The position numbers were made by a program, and so were the translations under genes. DNA of 64,000 nucleotides from Pelagomonas calceolata (taxonomy: Eukaryota): NCBI GenBank assembly GCA_918797485.1, contig CAKKNE010000006.1, positions 496,001-560,000 on the forward strand. Direction: 5' to 3'. The notes below the pieces were generated by a model. The model saw nothing but the letters and a program-made list of their open reading frames with translations. It had not been told where the DNA came from and searched no databases. The stretch's first letter is position 1. The number at the start of each line of letters is the position of its first letter. Positions 32,701-42,187 of this stretch are shown here, one piece after another.

Positions 32701-33218
32701 AATTGGTGGACGCGGCCTCCGATCGGAGAGACGCCGTCGTCTTTAGGGTCGCGGAGGCCATCGACGCCATCCTGGAGAGGAAGAAGTGGCGCGTCGCTGA
32801 TCTGTTGCAGGCGGCAGTCGCTTTCGACGACCGCGGTCAAGATAAATGTTCGCCTCGAGCGCTGTGCAGAGCTCTCAGGGCGTGGGGCTTGTTTCGCTGT
32901 CGAGATGCCGCGGAAGATGCTGATTATGCTAGATTTATCGGCGAACCGAGGTCGATCTCGAAGCCCCCACCTCCTCCAAAACGCAAGGACCCCTTCCGGC
33001 GGAAGAAAAAGGTCCAGCCGCCTCCCGTTGAAATCCCGAAACCTAGAAGAAAAACACCTCGGAGAAAAGCTCCTCCCTCGAGACGGAAGCCGTCGGCGGC
33101 CCAGGCCGCCAAGGACGCCGAGGAAGCGGACCTGCTGGCGCAGCTCGAGTGCGCGCTCGTGACGATGGCGTCCAAGATCTCGCACATCGAGTCGAAGCTC
33201 GAAGGGAGTTCTACGTAG
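29754..33218 (+). CDS. RNI-like LRR protein resembling centrosomal CEP78
   Basis: LRRs ISLRRCGLDD, FDLTHNCLGD, LNLSHNRVTAKGA; RDESAWARGLR recalls the CEP78 WAESLRY motif; C-terminal coiled coil. Confidence 0.6.
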   Translation: MALVLHNAAEAAKRQPNKRKTPVPTVPGGEVLIEVQPTDAGREALQRLHKASNAPSLVTLAAHFPPSSAPCSTRDARLVADAAKALCRGATATHLRGLEVSGQVPSQCVDAVLSTLSLQPKQSVSCGLRYVTLESLALSAESTRLLCGSLGKCPASIISLRRCGLDDSCAIHVANLIRAHACQRDESAWARGLRLDASKRRLPGEGGLRAFDLTHNCLGDALCDHVASALSADQHLLALNLSHNRVTAKGAQHFASVLVDAPSEGNALLWLGLEGCKGFLSDAYAQTSKALEQRREKESTSSMAEADAAARQLIECWLRDATTTPPTELLIANSQKPPSPDDAAAELFARRVGTHAPSQRFRSPEELDACLRGVRVDVADARELRAADAAVRRAAKALRRDSDCDEWAASLASSDGCVSSAAVLSGLRVLLAGSPQALIDAAARRLDALAGQAPGVRVPATEYGQALREAAEHSGDQHAAARDDAVGAVLDAIDAYVKTKGRVGLFQDIAGKKRSASVADLRDFLSREGLGTVTIEAATDQQDELNFVSSSRARRGTKQSAKKARLPRDAEQGDLASYLVALAGAPKRLTATQLGAALIDAKRRASRALEVASQALAVRGVATSLQVDLEEWSRALDPDVTGKVSKATLIESLMSSQPALQAAGDPAKLAASLQADAILAFAGCDEADCQVDDVCRVLTESGDVGAKALRRVAHGAGACSVLEHARKNRWTISTLTRQLRGKKDAARAPPGCTRNELRSALRRWGLTTQEENCVDRFREMTTRKPIIVPPSPKKTVQKKKEPTVSNKKVTVLSLADVLTFARRVADDDAAAVSSTRLDDAVRRSRRRAATAAKLREGASDLEALRAELRDRGVELDAWLEAAERVVPLSGELHPSGTLSAPAALSAADLATGLSGLMRVSEAPAAARDALTSIVDRAVHALAAYAREPSDFPALELRELRAANARAAAVAKRARDDDKVSDAKLVDAASDRRDAVVFRVAEAIDAILERKKWRVADLLQAAVAFDDRGQDKCSPRALCRALRAWGLFRCRDAAEDADYARFIGEPRSISKPPPPPKRKDPFRRKKKVQPPPVEIPKPRRKTPRRKAPPSRRKPSAAQAAKDAEEADLLAQLECALVTMASKISHIESKLEGSST

Positions 33219-33249
33219 TCAAGTCCCCCAATCCCCAGCATAAGACTAC

Positions 33250-33921
33250 TTAGGCGTCCTCCGCGCGCGCGACGGTCTCCTCGTACTTCTTCGCGAACTC
33301 CATAGCTACATGTCTGAACGGCCCTTCGTAGTTCCCTTGCAAAGCCGACGTCTCGAAGTACACGAGGCCGTTCTCCTTGGCGAAGTCGCGGCCCCTTTGC
33401 TCATCAACGACTCGCCTTTCCTCCAAGTCGATCTTATTGGCAACTAACACTCCCGGTAACCTGTCCTCCCGCCCTTTCCTGACTCCCTGGATCCACTTCG
33501 CACACGACGCAAACGAATCCTCCTTCGTCACGTCATACACGACAAATAAGAACCCGGCCTGGTCGTACTGCGACGCGTTCTCCTCGACCTGGTTGAAGAC
33601 GGGGTCTCCGGCGCAGTCAAACAAATAAAGCTCGACCGCCGTCGACGTGTCGGGAATGTCCACCTGCTTGACCCGAAAGTCGACCCAGGACGTCATGACG
33701 TACTGCTTCGGGTAACTGGCGCCGCCGCTGTGGAACATGGAGATGAGCGCTGATTTTCCTACTGTGGCGTCGCCCACAACAACTACTTTGCACCGCAGCA
33801 TGAGAATGGTCCGGTGCGTCGTCTCCATGCTCCGCAAGCAGCTCTCCATGGGCTCGGGGACCTCCCACTTTTGGGCCTCGACCGGAGCGTCCTCTCCTTT
33901 TTCCTCTCCGACCGCTGCCAT
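33250..33921 (-). CDS. IFT27: Intraflagellar transport protein 27 (RabL4 small GTPase)
   Basis: KVVVVGDATVGKSAL, YPKQYVMT, VELYLFDCAG, GVLVANKID, YFETSA; no C-terminal prenylation Cys. Confidence 0.88.
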   Translation of the reverse strand: MAAVGEEKGEDAPVEAQKWEVPEPMESCLRSMETTHRTILMLRCKVVVVGDATVGKSALISMFHSGGASYPKQYVMTSWVDFRVKQVDIPDTSTAVELYLFDCAGDPVFNQVEENASQYDQAGFLFVVYDVTKEDSFASCAKWIQGVRKGREDRLPGVLVANKIDLEERRVVDEQRGRDFAKENGLVYFETSALQGNYEGPFRHVAMEFAKKYEETVARAEDA

Positions 33922-34383
33922 CGTGATTGCTGGTTGGCGGCGCGGCTGCCGGGCTGCCGGAGTTGCTCGGGCCGCTTCGGTTCGTCACAGATGCGAAGCG
34001 CTTCCGCCCGCGGGCCTCGGCTCGTCGGGCTTTGGCCTCGGCGCGCTCGTCGGTTGGTGGGGCAGCAGCTCGAACCCGAACCCGCGGGAAATGGCCAGTA
34101 GTGTTCTGGGCCGTGTGTGAGGCGTCCTGGACTGCCTTCTAGGCGTCCTGGGAGCCGCCGTTAAGCACACAACCTAGCTGCAAGACACTAGCAAGAAAGC
34201 GCCTGGCCGCAAAAAGCTGCCAAGCACTCGCGCCGGAGCTGCATTTGTGTAGATTCGCAGCGAACGGACTCGTGCCAACCTCTGCGCCGCAGCCAGGCCC
34301 GAAAAATCCATCTATAAAGTCTCGCAACGACTCAAAAAGCAGCGCACTCCCAGAGAGCCAGACTAGGAAGCATAGCTGAGGAG

Positions 34384-35952
34384 ATGATCTCCCTCCAGTC
34401 CATGAAGCGCCCGCCCTCACCGCTGCAGCCGGAGCGCGAGTCCTCGTGGCGCGACTTCCGCGAAGCTGCATCCGAGCGACGCAAACGCGCGAGACGACGA
34501 CGGCTGGACGTGGCATTCCTCGCGGTCGGGTGCGCGGCGGCCGAGCTGCCGGCGGGCGCGGCGCCGGCGCTATTGCCCGCGCTGGCGGCGTGCGGCGCGA
34601 CGTTCGACGGGCTCTGCCTTGTTGGCGTCGCGCACCACGTGGGCGTCGCCGTCGCTGCCGCGGTGGGCGTCACGAGCGGCCGCATTGCGTTGGGCGCCGT
34701 GGCGGTGGCCTGCGCCGTGCTCGCGGCCGCGCCGCTCGAACGAACCGAATCGTCGACGCTCGCCGCGACGCTCGCCGTCGCGCGGTTGATCGGCGGGTTT
34801 TCCGCACGCGCTGCTGCTGATGGCCTCGGCGCGCGCGTCTCCGCCGCGGCCGCCGCGGTTACGACCGACGCCGATGAAGCGAACACGGCGTCCGCGGCGC
34901 GAAAAGCCGCCCTGATCGCCGCCGCGGCCCCGACGCTCGGCGCCTCGCTGGCGTTCGCCATCGCCCTCGTGTTCTCGGCGAGCCGCGCGTACGACGATGA
35001 GATCACGGCCATGGGCACGTGGCGCTACGCCTGGAGCTTTTTCGGTCTCATTGTGTGTGCGGCGACGGCGGCCCTGCCGGCACCGCCAGCGCGGCCGCGG
35101 GGTGCGAGCGAATCGGAGACGTTGGGTGAGCCAGTCTCGCCCCCGGCGGCTCCGTCGCCCGTGGTCACGCGCGCGGCGGTGGCGGCCGTTACTTTGGACG
35201 CGGGCCTCCGCTGCGCATCGCATGTAGGAGTGGTCGTTGCCGCCGCGGCGTGGCCCGACGACCAAATCCGAGGCGCCGCGGTGGCAGCGGCGGCCTACAT
35301 CGGCGCCGTGCCGCTTGGTGCTGCGATTGGCGCCGTCGCGTTGCGCTGCGCGACCGCGCGCGACAATCGACGAGCAAATGCCACGGAGACCCAACGCCGC
35401 GGTAGGCTCTTCCGGCTCACCTTGCCGGCGTCGCCGCGCGCGGGCCGCTATGGATCCATCCCAGCTCGATGGAGAACGGCGACCGAGCTCCGTCTCGCGG
35501 CCGCGCGGCGCCGAGCGGCTTGCGTCGTCGCGATCGTGTTTTGCGTCGCGGCGCTCGCCGTCGCGAGCCACGCTAGCGGCGCCGACGCGCGGACGGCCGC
35601 CGTTCTACTCGGTGCGGCCGTGGCCGTTGCATGTGGCTCGTTGCCCGCGCTCGCAGTCCTCTGCGGGAACGCCAACCCGACGGCCTCGCCCGGGTCAGCG
35701 CTGCTGCGCGCTTTTCCTTTGTGTATTGCGGGGCTCGTCAAATCAGCCGCTGCTTCTCCAGACGCGATTGCGACGGCCGCGACCGCTACGGCGGGCGCCG
35801 CGCTACGCTGGTTCCCAGGCTTCGCGGCCGCCGCGCTCGTTTTCGCGCTCTGCGCGAGGCATCGAACGCCAGTCGTCGGACCGCCGAGTCCGCCGCGGGC
35901 GCCGCGGGGATACGTCTCGTTCCCGATCCCGCAGACTCCTGCGGCACCTTAA
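34384..35952 (+). CDS. Ala-rich multi-pass membrane protein (possibly a divergent MFS-like transporter)
   Basis: About 10-12 hydrophobic segments; WRYAWSFFG motif mid-protein. Confidence 0.5.
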   Translation: MISLQSMKRPPSPLQPERESSWRDFREAASERRKRARRRRLDVAFLAVGCAAAELPAGAAPALLPALAACGATFDGLCLVGVAHHVGVAVAAAVGVTSGRIALGAVAVACAVLAAAPLERTESSTLAATLAVARLIGGFSARAAADGLGARVSAAAAAVTTDADEANTASAARKAALIAAAAPTLGASLAFAIALVFSASRAYDDEITAMGTWRYAWSFFGLIVCAATAALPAPPARPRGASESETLGEPVSPPAAPSPVVTRAAVAAVTLDAGLRCASHVGVVVAAAAWPDDQIRGAAVAAAAYIGAVPLGAAIGAVALRCATARDNRRANATETQRRGRLFRLTLPASPRAGRYGSIPARWRTATELRLAAARRRAACVVAIVFCVAALAVASHASGADARTAAVLLGAAVAVACGSLPALAVLCGNANPTASPGSALLRAFPLCIAGLVKSAAASPDAIATAATATAGAALRWFPGFAAAALVFALCARHRTPVVGPPSPPRAPRGYVSFPIPQTPAAP

Positions 35953-35979
35953 TGTTAATAATATGTACACATTACACAA

Positions 35980-37026
35980 CTACACAACACTTGGGGGCCG
36001 CGACAAAAGCGGGCTATCCGTCCCGGAGCCCGCTGATCGGGTCCGCGCGCGCCCGAGGACCGGCGGCGCCGTCGGCGACGGCCGCGAGTGATACGTCACG
36101 ACGCCGGCGACCATGGCGACCAATGCCAGGAAATATAGCGGCGGCGGCAAGGCCCGGGCAACAGCGGCCGAGAAGAGAATGGCCCACGCATCACTCGCAA
36201 GCAGATTGAGGTTGTAAAACGCCGCGTCGCTTTTTGCCATGAACTGGGCCGTGAGAGAATAGAGTAGTACCATCGTACCGACGAAGAGGATCAGATATAT
36301 GTTCGCTGCGGGGTCATCGGAAGCCAATATCCAAAACGCGTCTGCGATTTGTCGGTGCTCAAGGGCCGCCGCTTGCACGACGGAAACGCAAAAGCCAGCA
36401 ACGCCGAGGCGCCCGAGGAACGCTCCCGGCGTCGGGAGGTCTCTCACCAAGTACTCCTGCATGACATTTGACGCGGCATAAAGAGCGGCGCCGGCCATGC
36501 AGAGCGCGTCGCCTACTAACGGATGAGGCGCCGGCGTCAGATCGATAGCGCCGCCGCCCGCGCCCCATGGCGGTGGTAGAACGTCCGAGAACACCGTCAG
36601 CGCGGCCCCGACCACGCACGCCGCCGCGCCGACGAGGTGGAGCCGCGTGAATTGGGCGCCCAAGGCGAACTTCGACAGCACCAGCACGCACGGTATGGCG
36701 AAGCAATCGAGGAGCATCACGGACGTCATCGACGTGTGCTGAAACGCCTTGACCACGAGGTAATTGCCCTCGACGTCGAAGACGGCAATCGCTAGCCAGA
36801 CGAGAGGGCCCGGCGCCGTGTCGCTGGCGTCGTCCGCGTAGATCAGCGCCAGTATTGCATAGACGAATGCCGACTGTGCGGTCGGCGCATTTACACCACT
36901 TGCCGCGAGCATGGACGCGCCGGCACCAGTGGCAGCCGCAAGCACTGCGCACAACTGGCCGTGCGCCACGATTGTTTGTTTACTACTCTCTGCGCGCTGC
37001 AGCTCTGCATGCGCTTGAGCCGCCAT
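35980..37026 (-). CDS. SLC35F1/F2-type (DUF914) solute carrier
   Basis: DVEGNYLVVKAFQHTSMTSVMLLDC, LYAASNVMQEY, FYNLNLLASD; ATG at 37026. Confidence 0.88.
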   Translation of the reverse strand: MAAQAHAELQRAESSKQTIVAHGQLCAVLAAATGAGASMLAASGVNAPTAQSAFVYAILALIYADDASDTAPGPLVWLAIAVFDVEGNYLVVKAFQHTSMTSVMLLDCFAIPCVLVLSKFALGAQFTRLHLVGAAACVVGAALTVFSDVLPPPWGAGGGAIDLTPAPHPLVGDALCMAGAALYAASNVMQEYLVRDLPTPGAFLGRLGVAGFCVSVVQAAALEHRQIADAFWILASDDPAANIYLILFVGTMVLLYSLTAQFMAKSDAAFYNLNLLASDAWAILFSAAVARALPPPLYFLALVAMVAGVVTYHSRPSPTAPPVLGRARTRSAGSGTDSPLLSRPPSVV

Positions 37027-37287
37027 TCGTGCCCGTGCGGTTCGAATCGATCGCGCAAATTCTTTATTGCTGCACACAGTGCTGTGAACTAATTCTATAT
37101 GGCTCAATTAAGGCGCTAAATGCAGCCGTCGGCGTGTCTCGGCACTTAGCCCAGCCCACTGCGTTTGCTAGTGTCTTACAACCGCTAGTCACGGGACCCG
37201 CTAGCGGCAGCATGGGTTTTGTAGCACCCTCTCCACGCCATCGCCGCGAGCATTCGCCAAGAAAACGAGAAAAAACGACCCGCCTTA

Positions 37288-38352
37288 CTACGAAAGCAGC
37301 ACCGACGACGCGCGCGACGCCGTGCCCTCGAGGAAGTCCGAGTACGCCGTCGACAGACAGAGCAGCCCCAGCCCGGCGACGAGGCCGCCGACGACGTCGC
37401 TGAAGGCCTCGGGGTCGACCTTCCTGTTTATAGTGGTGCCCGCGGCCGACGCCGCTAATACCAATGGTAATGCCGCGGCGCCTTGGGCCACAATGTCCGC
37501 GCTCAACAACCCTTCGGCGTTGAAACGAGCCAAGGACAAGATCTGCACCGGCAAAAAGAAGCGGATCAGCATCGCCCTTAAAGTTGGTGGTGACCAACCT
37601 CGGGCTTTGCCCAGAACAACGGCGACCGGACCGGGCTCGGCAATGGCCCCGCCCAAGAAACCCGCCGCAAAGCCATACGGTATGGTAGTAGCCACGCTCG
37701 CCAATTTCGCTTCTTCAGAAGCAGGCATCTCCTCGCTCTCGCTGCCGAAGATGTCGTAAAGGCCATACAGCAGCAGAAAGGACCCGACGCCGGCCCGTAT
37801 CGCCCAGGGCTCGACCTGCACCAGTGCGGAGACGCCTATCGGCACGCCCGCGGCGGCACCTCCAATCATCGCTGCACTTGTGGACCATCTGCCTGCAGCT
37901 TGTTGAATGCCTCCTTCGATGTCCGCGACCGCGTTCGCCGCCGTCAGGAAGAAAGTAACGAACACGACTAAAGGTGCGGCTTGCGTCGCCTCGAAGTGGA
38001 AGAGGACGGCTAACAGAGGCACGGCTATCACGGCGTCTCCGAAGCCAAAAATAGAAGCGAAGAGAGACGCCCCGGCCTGCAGCAAGCAGATCCTCAAATC
38101 AACATGGGGTAACGCTTGAATAATTTGGGTGCCGAAGGGCGTCAAAGCGAGTGCCGCGGCGCCGGCCGTCGAGGCCGCCGCGACGGCGGTCTCGGCCGTC
38201 GCGCCGGCGGCCGCCTCGGCCGTCGCGCCGGCCGTCGCGCCGGCCGTCGCGGTAGCCGCTGCTGCGGCGATGTCGACCGCGGCCTCGACGAGGGGCGCGG
38301 CGGCGCGCAGCGCGGTGGTCGCGCCGCGGACGTAGCACGTCGGCGGCAGCAT
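37288..38352 (-). CDS. TauE/SafE-family (sulfite exporter-like) membrane protein
   Basis: IFGFGDAVIAVPLL, GFAAGFLGGAIAEPGP, multiple TMs; Ala-rich N-terminal extension; ATG at 38352. Confidence 0.75.
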   Translation of the reverse strand: MLPPTCYVRGATTALRAAAPLVEAAVDIAAAAATATAGATAGATAEAAAGATAETAVAAASTAGAAALALTPFGTQIIQALPHVDLRICLLQAGASLFASIFGFGDAVIAVPLLAVLFHFEATQAAPLVVFVTFFLTAANAVADIEGGIQQAAGRWSTSAAMIGGAAAGVPIGVSALVQVEPWAIRAGVGSFLLLYGLYDIFGSESEEMPASEEAKLASVATTIPYGFAAGFLGGAIAEPGPVAVVLGKARGWSPPTLRAMLIRFFLPVQILSLARFNAEGLLSADIVAQGAAALPLVLAASAAGTTINRKVDPEAFSDVVGGLVAGLGLLCLSTAYSDFLEGTASRASSVLLS

Positions 38353-38649
38353 TGTGCGGTCGAGACCGCACAAGTGCGAGTGGTAATTACTTGGCAAGGC
38401 GCCTCGACGGCGTTAGCTGCTGTGGTTGCTGCCAGGTGCTATGTACAGTGATGCTTGTTTGGCACGTTCTGCTGCAGCTGTTTGAGTTTGCGCTGCTTGG
38501 GTGATCAAAGAATGAGCTGCTAGGAGTCCGACAACGATCGATCGTCGCCCACGCGGCGCGATTCACGCGATGCTATTAATATAGCTGGCTGGGGCGACCC
38601 GCACGCCGCCTAAGCGTACGCCTCGACGACGCAAACCTCGACCACAGAC

Positions 38650-39315
38650 TTACTCCACGCGTGCCCGCTTCTCCCCGCCACCCTCTTCCCCATAAGCGTC
38701 GACGTCGTTGTCCGCCCACACTCCCGGGCCGGTACTTCTACCCACGACGTCCCCATCCTCCTCCTCCTCCCGAGGTCTCTTCTGAGCGGACTCTTTTTGG
38801 GCCTCCCGCTCCTCCCGTCGCACCTGCACGCCCGCCAGGTGCTGGCCGTACTTGTTGCCGAAGATGTTCCGAGGGGCGTCACTTGATGAAGCACAACCTC
38901 TACAGCCCGTAGTGGGACACTCGACAACACTAGACTCACCCAAGGACGAGGGCGGCACTCTACATATAGAAACAGTGCCAAAATTGTAGTTCCGCGTGTT
39001 GATGACGTAGGTGCTACACAGGCGCTCATAGCCCGGCTTCCGCCACTTCTTCGCGAGATTTTCGTCAATTATTTTGTTGCGGCAGCAGTAGTCCCAGACT
39101 TTTTTATCGATCTTCTTGTACTTGTAGTGCATGTCGTAGACGTATCTTGTCCTTTGCCAATTTATCTGGTGGACGGGCCACAGCGACTCGACTTTTCGTT
39201 TTCCCTCGTGCGGCTCGTTCACTTTGTCTCGCAACTCGTTCTCGAGGGCTTCTAAAACCGGCTCCAAATAATCATAGCCCGGCGGGGGCTTGCCCTTGCG
39301 CGCGAACTTGGACAT
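38650..39315 (-). CDS. BUD31: Splicing factor BUD31/G10
   Basis: ESLWPVHQINWQRTRYVYD, KWRKPGYERLC, ICRVP, CRGCAS. Confidence 0.93.
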   Translation of the reverse strand: MSKFARKGKPPPGYDYLEPVLEALENELRDKVNEPHEGKRKVESLWPVHQINWQRTRYVYDMHYKYKKIDKKVWDYCCRNKIIDENLAKKWRKPGYERLCSTYVINTRNYNFGTVSICRVPPSSLGESSVVECPTTGCRGCASSSDAPRNIFGNKYGQHLAGVQVRREEREAQKESAQKRPREEEEDGDVVGRSTGPGVWADNDVDAYGEEGGGEKRARVE

Positions 39316-39718
39316 GGCGTGGCTGCTGCTGTCAAAGGGGGGTGGTCCTGGGTGGCGCCTCGGGGCGGCGGCGCGGCGGCTGCGCTGGTTGCAGAGGTGA
39401 TTTGCAGCGTAGCGCGCTTCGTTTCAGCCAGCGGGCGGCTTGTGTAGCTTCGTAGAGGGCCGCGTCGACGCTGGCCGGCAGAGTTAGCTAGCGTGATGAG
39501 AGGCACTAGCAAGCAGCGCGGCCGACCAAAAAAGTCGTCTAGGGCGGCCAGCTAGCAGTAGCGTTTCGCAGAACTCGTTAATTATCAACATACGTGCCTT
39601 GCGCAGCCGCTGTTGGCAAGCGCGCAGCTCACAGTGCCCTGCAGAGGCGCTGCTTTCAAAAGTGGCCACAACCGGCGCTGCACGCCATCGCGGAGAGAGC
39701 GCGCAAAAGCCGTAAAAC

Positions 39719-41056
39719 ATGTCCTGCTCCCACGTCGTCGCCGACGAGGTCGCGCGGGGCAACTTCGAGGACACGGGTCCCGACCGCGATTGGGGCGACA
39801 GAAACGAGGCGCTCTTAGCGCTCCAAAGACTCTTCGACGAGGCCGCTAGGATCGAAGAAAACGATGACGAGGCGATGTTCGACGCCGAGGCCTGGCGAGC
39901 TTTACGCTTGCCGTTGCAGCAGTGTTTGCGAGATCCGCGGAGTCATCTCGTGAGAGAGGCGTGCGGCTTGTTAGCAAAAATCGCCCACGCGTGTAATGAT
40001 GAGAGGGGCCTCCCGAAACAATGGGTTTCTAGAGATGGCGGCCGCCCTTGTTTACGAGATGCGACACCCGCGTTGTTCGAACTGCTCGGCTCGGGGAACA
40101 AGCTAAATGGCCGAGTGGCCGACGACTGCTTAGTTTCAGTTATTGATAGTACACGGTCGAAGCATTTGGTCGGCGCCGTCTTCGAACATGCGTCGGTGAA
40201 GCGCGCGGGCAAGGCGCCGTTCGTGCGCGAGTGCTGCGCGGCCTACGCGCTGCAAATTCTACGAACGTGGGACGACGTGTCGCGACTGGGCGATAATGAG
40301 GTGAGGCAGTTGTGTGCTGCGGTCTCTGATTTGCTGGAGGATCCGGCGGAACGGGCGCGCGCGGCCGCGCGGGACGCGTACCACGCGCTTGCTGAAGTCT
40401 GGCCGGACCGCGCGTCAGAAATTTCGAGAGACGTGGATCCCAAAATAGCGCGGTTGTTGCTTTCTTCGAATGTCGTCGTAGAGAGGCCACCAACACCACC
40501 TCCACCACCTCCACCGGAACCGCCGTCGGGCGTCGCGGAGGGTACTAGAGTACGAGTGCTCAAAAATAGGACAGGTACCGTCCGCTTTATTGGTGAGACG
40601 GCCTTTAGTTCGGGCGCCTGGGTCGGCGTCGAATTGGACGCGCCCGACGGCAAGCACGACGGCGTCGTCGACGGGAAACGTTACTTTGAATGTGGGGCGA
40701 ATCGCGGCGTGTTTGTCCGGGCCTCCCAGGCCCAGACCCTGTCCGAGGACGTTGCGCAGTCTTCCGAATTACCCAGGGCCGCTTTGTTGTGCCATGCGCA
40801 CAAGCATCTGCTGCGGGATTTGATGCGCGAGCTGCAAGCTCAGCTCGGGGCCGTCGGCGCGTACGAGAAACGGAGTCCGTCGATCGAGGCGGCGGCGGCG
40901 TATCGCGTCGCCGCCGAGCAGGCGGCGCCGCCCCTCGTGGAATTGCTGGCGGCTTATGAATTACGAGTGGCGGAGCTCGCGTCTTCTGCAAATCCGCCGC
41001 GGTCGCCGGGGCCGGGGACGTCTAGCGCGGGGCCGCCCGTTGGTGGGGCTGATTAA
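39719..41056 (+). CDS. CLASP-like TOG/HEAT domain plus CAP-Gly microtubule-binding protein
   Basis: DW...R...L; DPRSHLVREAC HEAT repeats; CAP-Gly GTVRFIGET...WVGVELD...GKHDGVVDGKRYFEC. Confidence 0.85.
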   Translation: MSCSHVVADEVARGNFEDTGPDRDWGDRNEALLALQRLFDEAARIEENDDEAMFDAEAWRALRLPLQQCLRDPRSHLVREACGLLAKIAHACNDERGLPKQWVSRDGGRPCLRDATPALFELLGSGNKLNGRVADDCLVSVIDSTRSKHLVGAVFEHASVKRAGKAPFVRECCAAYALQILRTWDDVSRLGDNEVRQLCAAVSDLLEDPAERARAAARDAYHALAEVWPDRASEISRDVDPKIARLLLSSNVVVERPPTPPPPPPPEPPSGVAEGTRVRVLKNRTGTVRFIGETAFSSGAWVGVELDAPDGKHDGVVDGKRYFECGANRGVFVRASQAQTLSEDVAQSSELPRAALLCHAHKHLLRDLMRELQAQLGAVGAYEKRSPSIEAAAAYRVAAEQAAPPLVELLAAYELRVAELASSANPPRSPGPGTSSAGPPVGGAD

Positions 41057-41066
41057 GACTAGCAAT

Positions 41067-41582
41067 TTATGAGGCGTCTGACGGCGTTTCGCGGGCGGCC
41101 GCGAGCGCTGCTCGCACTGCTCGCAAATCCCGCTCAACCTTCACAACCTCTGGATGGGCAGCTCCGAGGACGCGTCGCGCGGTCCGTTCTGCCTCCTCGA
41201 GCGTCGTTAAGGCTTCGCGGACATCGTCGAGCGTGGCGACGGGGTCGGTGTAGAGCGCCCGGGCGTAATTTATTTGCGACGTGAGCGTGAACGCATCACT
41301 CTTTCCGAGAACGCGTCGCGCAACGGGAATCGTTTTGCGCCAGAGCGATTTGGCTTCTTCGAAGCGTTTACTCAACATAAAGGAGGCCGCATAGTTGTTG
41401 GCTGCATTAATCGTTTTCGCATGTTCTTCGCCACGGTGCTTTAAATATCCGGAGTATGCGTCTCGCCGCATGGGTAGGGCATCTTCAAGCCGTCCGACCA
41501 TTTGATACGTGTTTGCAAGATTGCTCTGCACGTCGAGAATTCGTACTTCTGGTACGCCGTTGACGCGCCGCAGCACAGACAA
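41067..41582 (-). pseudogene. 5'-truncated TPR fragment of the MYND-TPR family
   Basis: QSNLANTY, ARRVLG...HP repeats similar to the C-terminal half of 42188-43354; the fragment begins mid-domain, with no ATG at its 5' end. Confidence 0.55.
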
Positions 41583-42139
41583 CCGCCCGGTCGCTATCGA
41601 CTGCGAGCGCCCGACGGAAGCGTCTATGCGGTTCGAAGGTCCAAATTTGAAAGATTACCCGAAGAGCCGCCGATCATCCGACGGTCGTCGTCGTCCATGT
41701 CCGAACCTGTGTGGAAATCAAAATTTTACGGCGCGTGCTGAATTGTCGCGTCGTCCTGCCCCGGTCGCCGCCGCGCGTGCCCGACCTCGAGGCGACGGCC
41801 TCAAACAGCCCCATGGAGATGGCGACGCCGCGCGCCGGCGACGATAATAGTTTAGAGGCCGCGCGAGCCGCGGCCGTGGTCGCGGCGGCCGCGCCGATGC
41901 CGGCGCCGCCCGTTCAAAGGAGAAGGAGCGTCGAGCCGTGTTTAGCTTCATTGATCGACGACCTCAAGCTCAAGCCCGCCCAGGCCGAGTCGCTGGAGCA
42001 GCTCCTCGACGAGCACGAGGTCCACGACCTCGCCACGGCGCAGATCCTCGACGCGGACGACTTCAAGGAGATCGGCATTAAAGTAGGGACGCGGAAGAAG
42101 CTCCTCGAGCGGCTTGCGTCTTCCGCGTCGGAGGCGTGA
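41583..42139 (+). CDS. SAM-domain protein (probably 5'-incomplete; candidate intron 41699-41808)
   Basis: C-terminal LLDEHEVHDL...LDADDFKEIGIKVGTRKKLL is a SAM signature; introner left end GTCCGAAC|CTGTGTGGAAATCAA at 41699. Confidence 0.5.
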
Positions 42140-42187
42140 GGAGTGGGGCGTGCCTTCCCGGCGGGTAATACGTATCATCTAGTGCTC

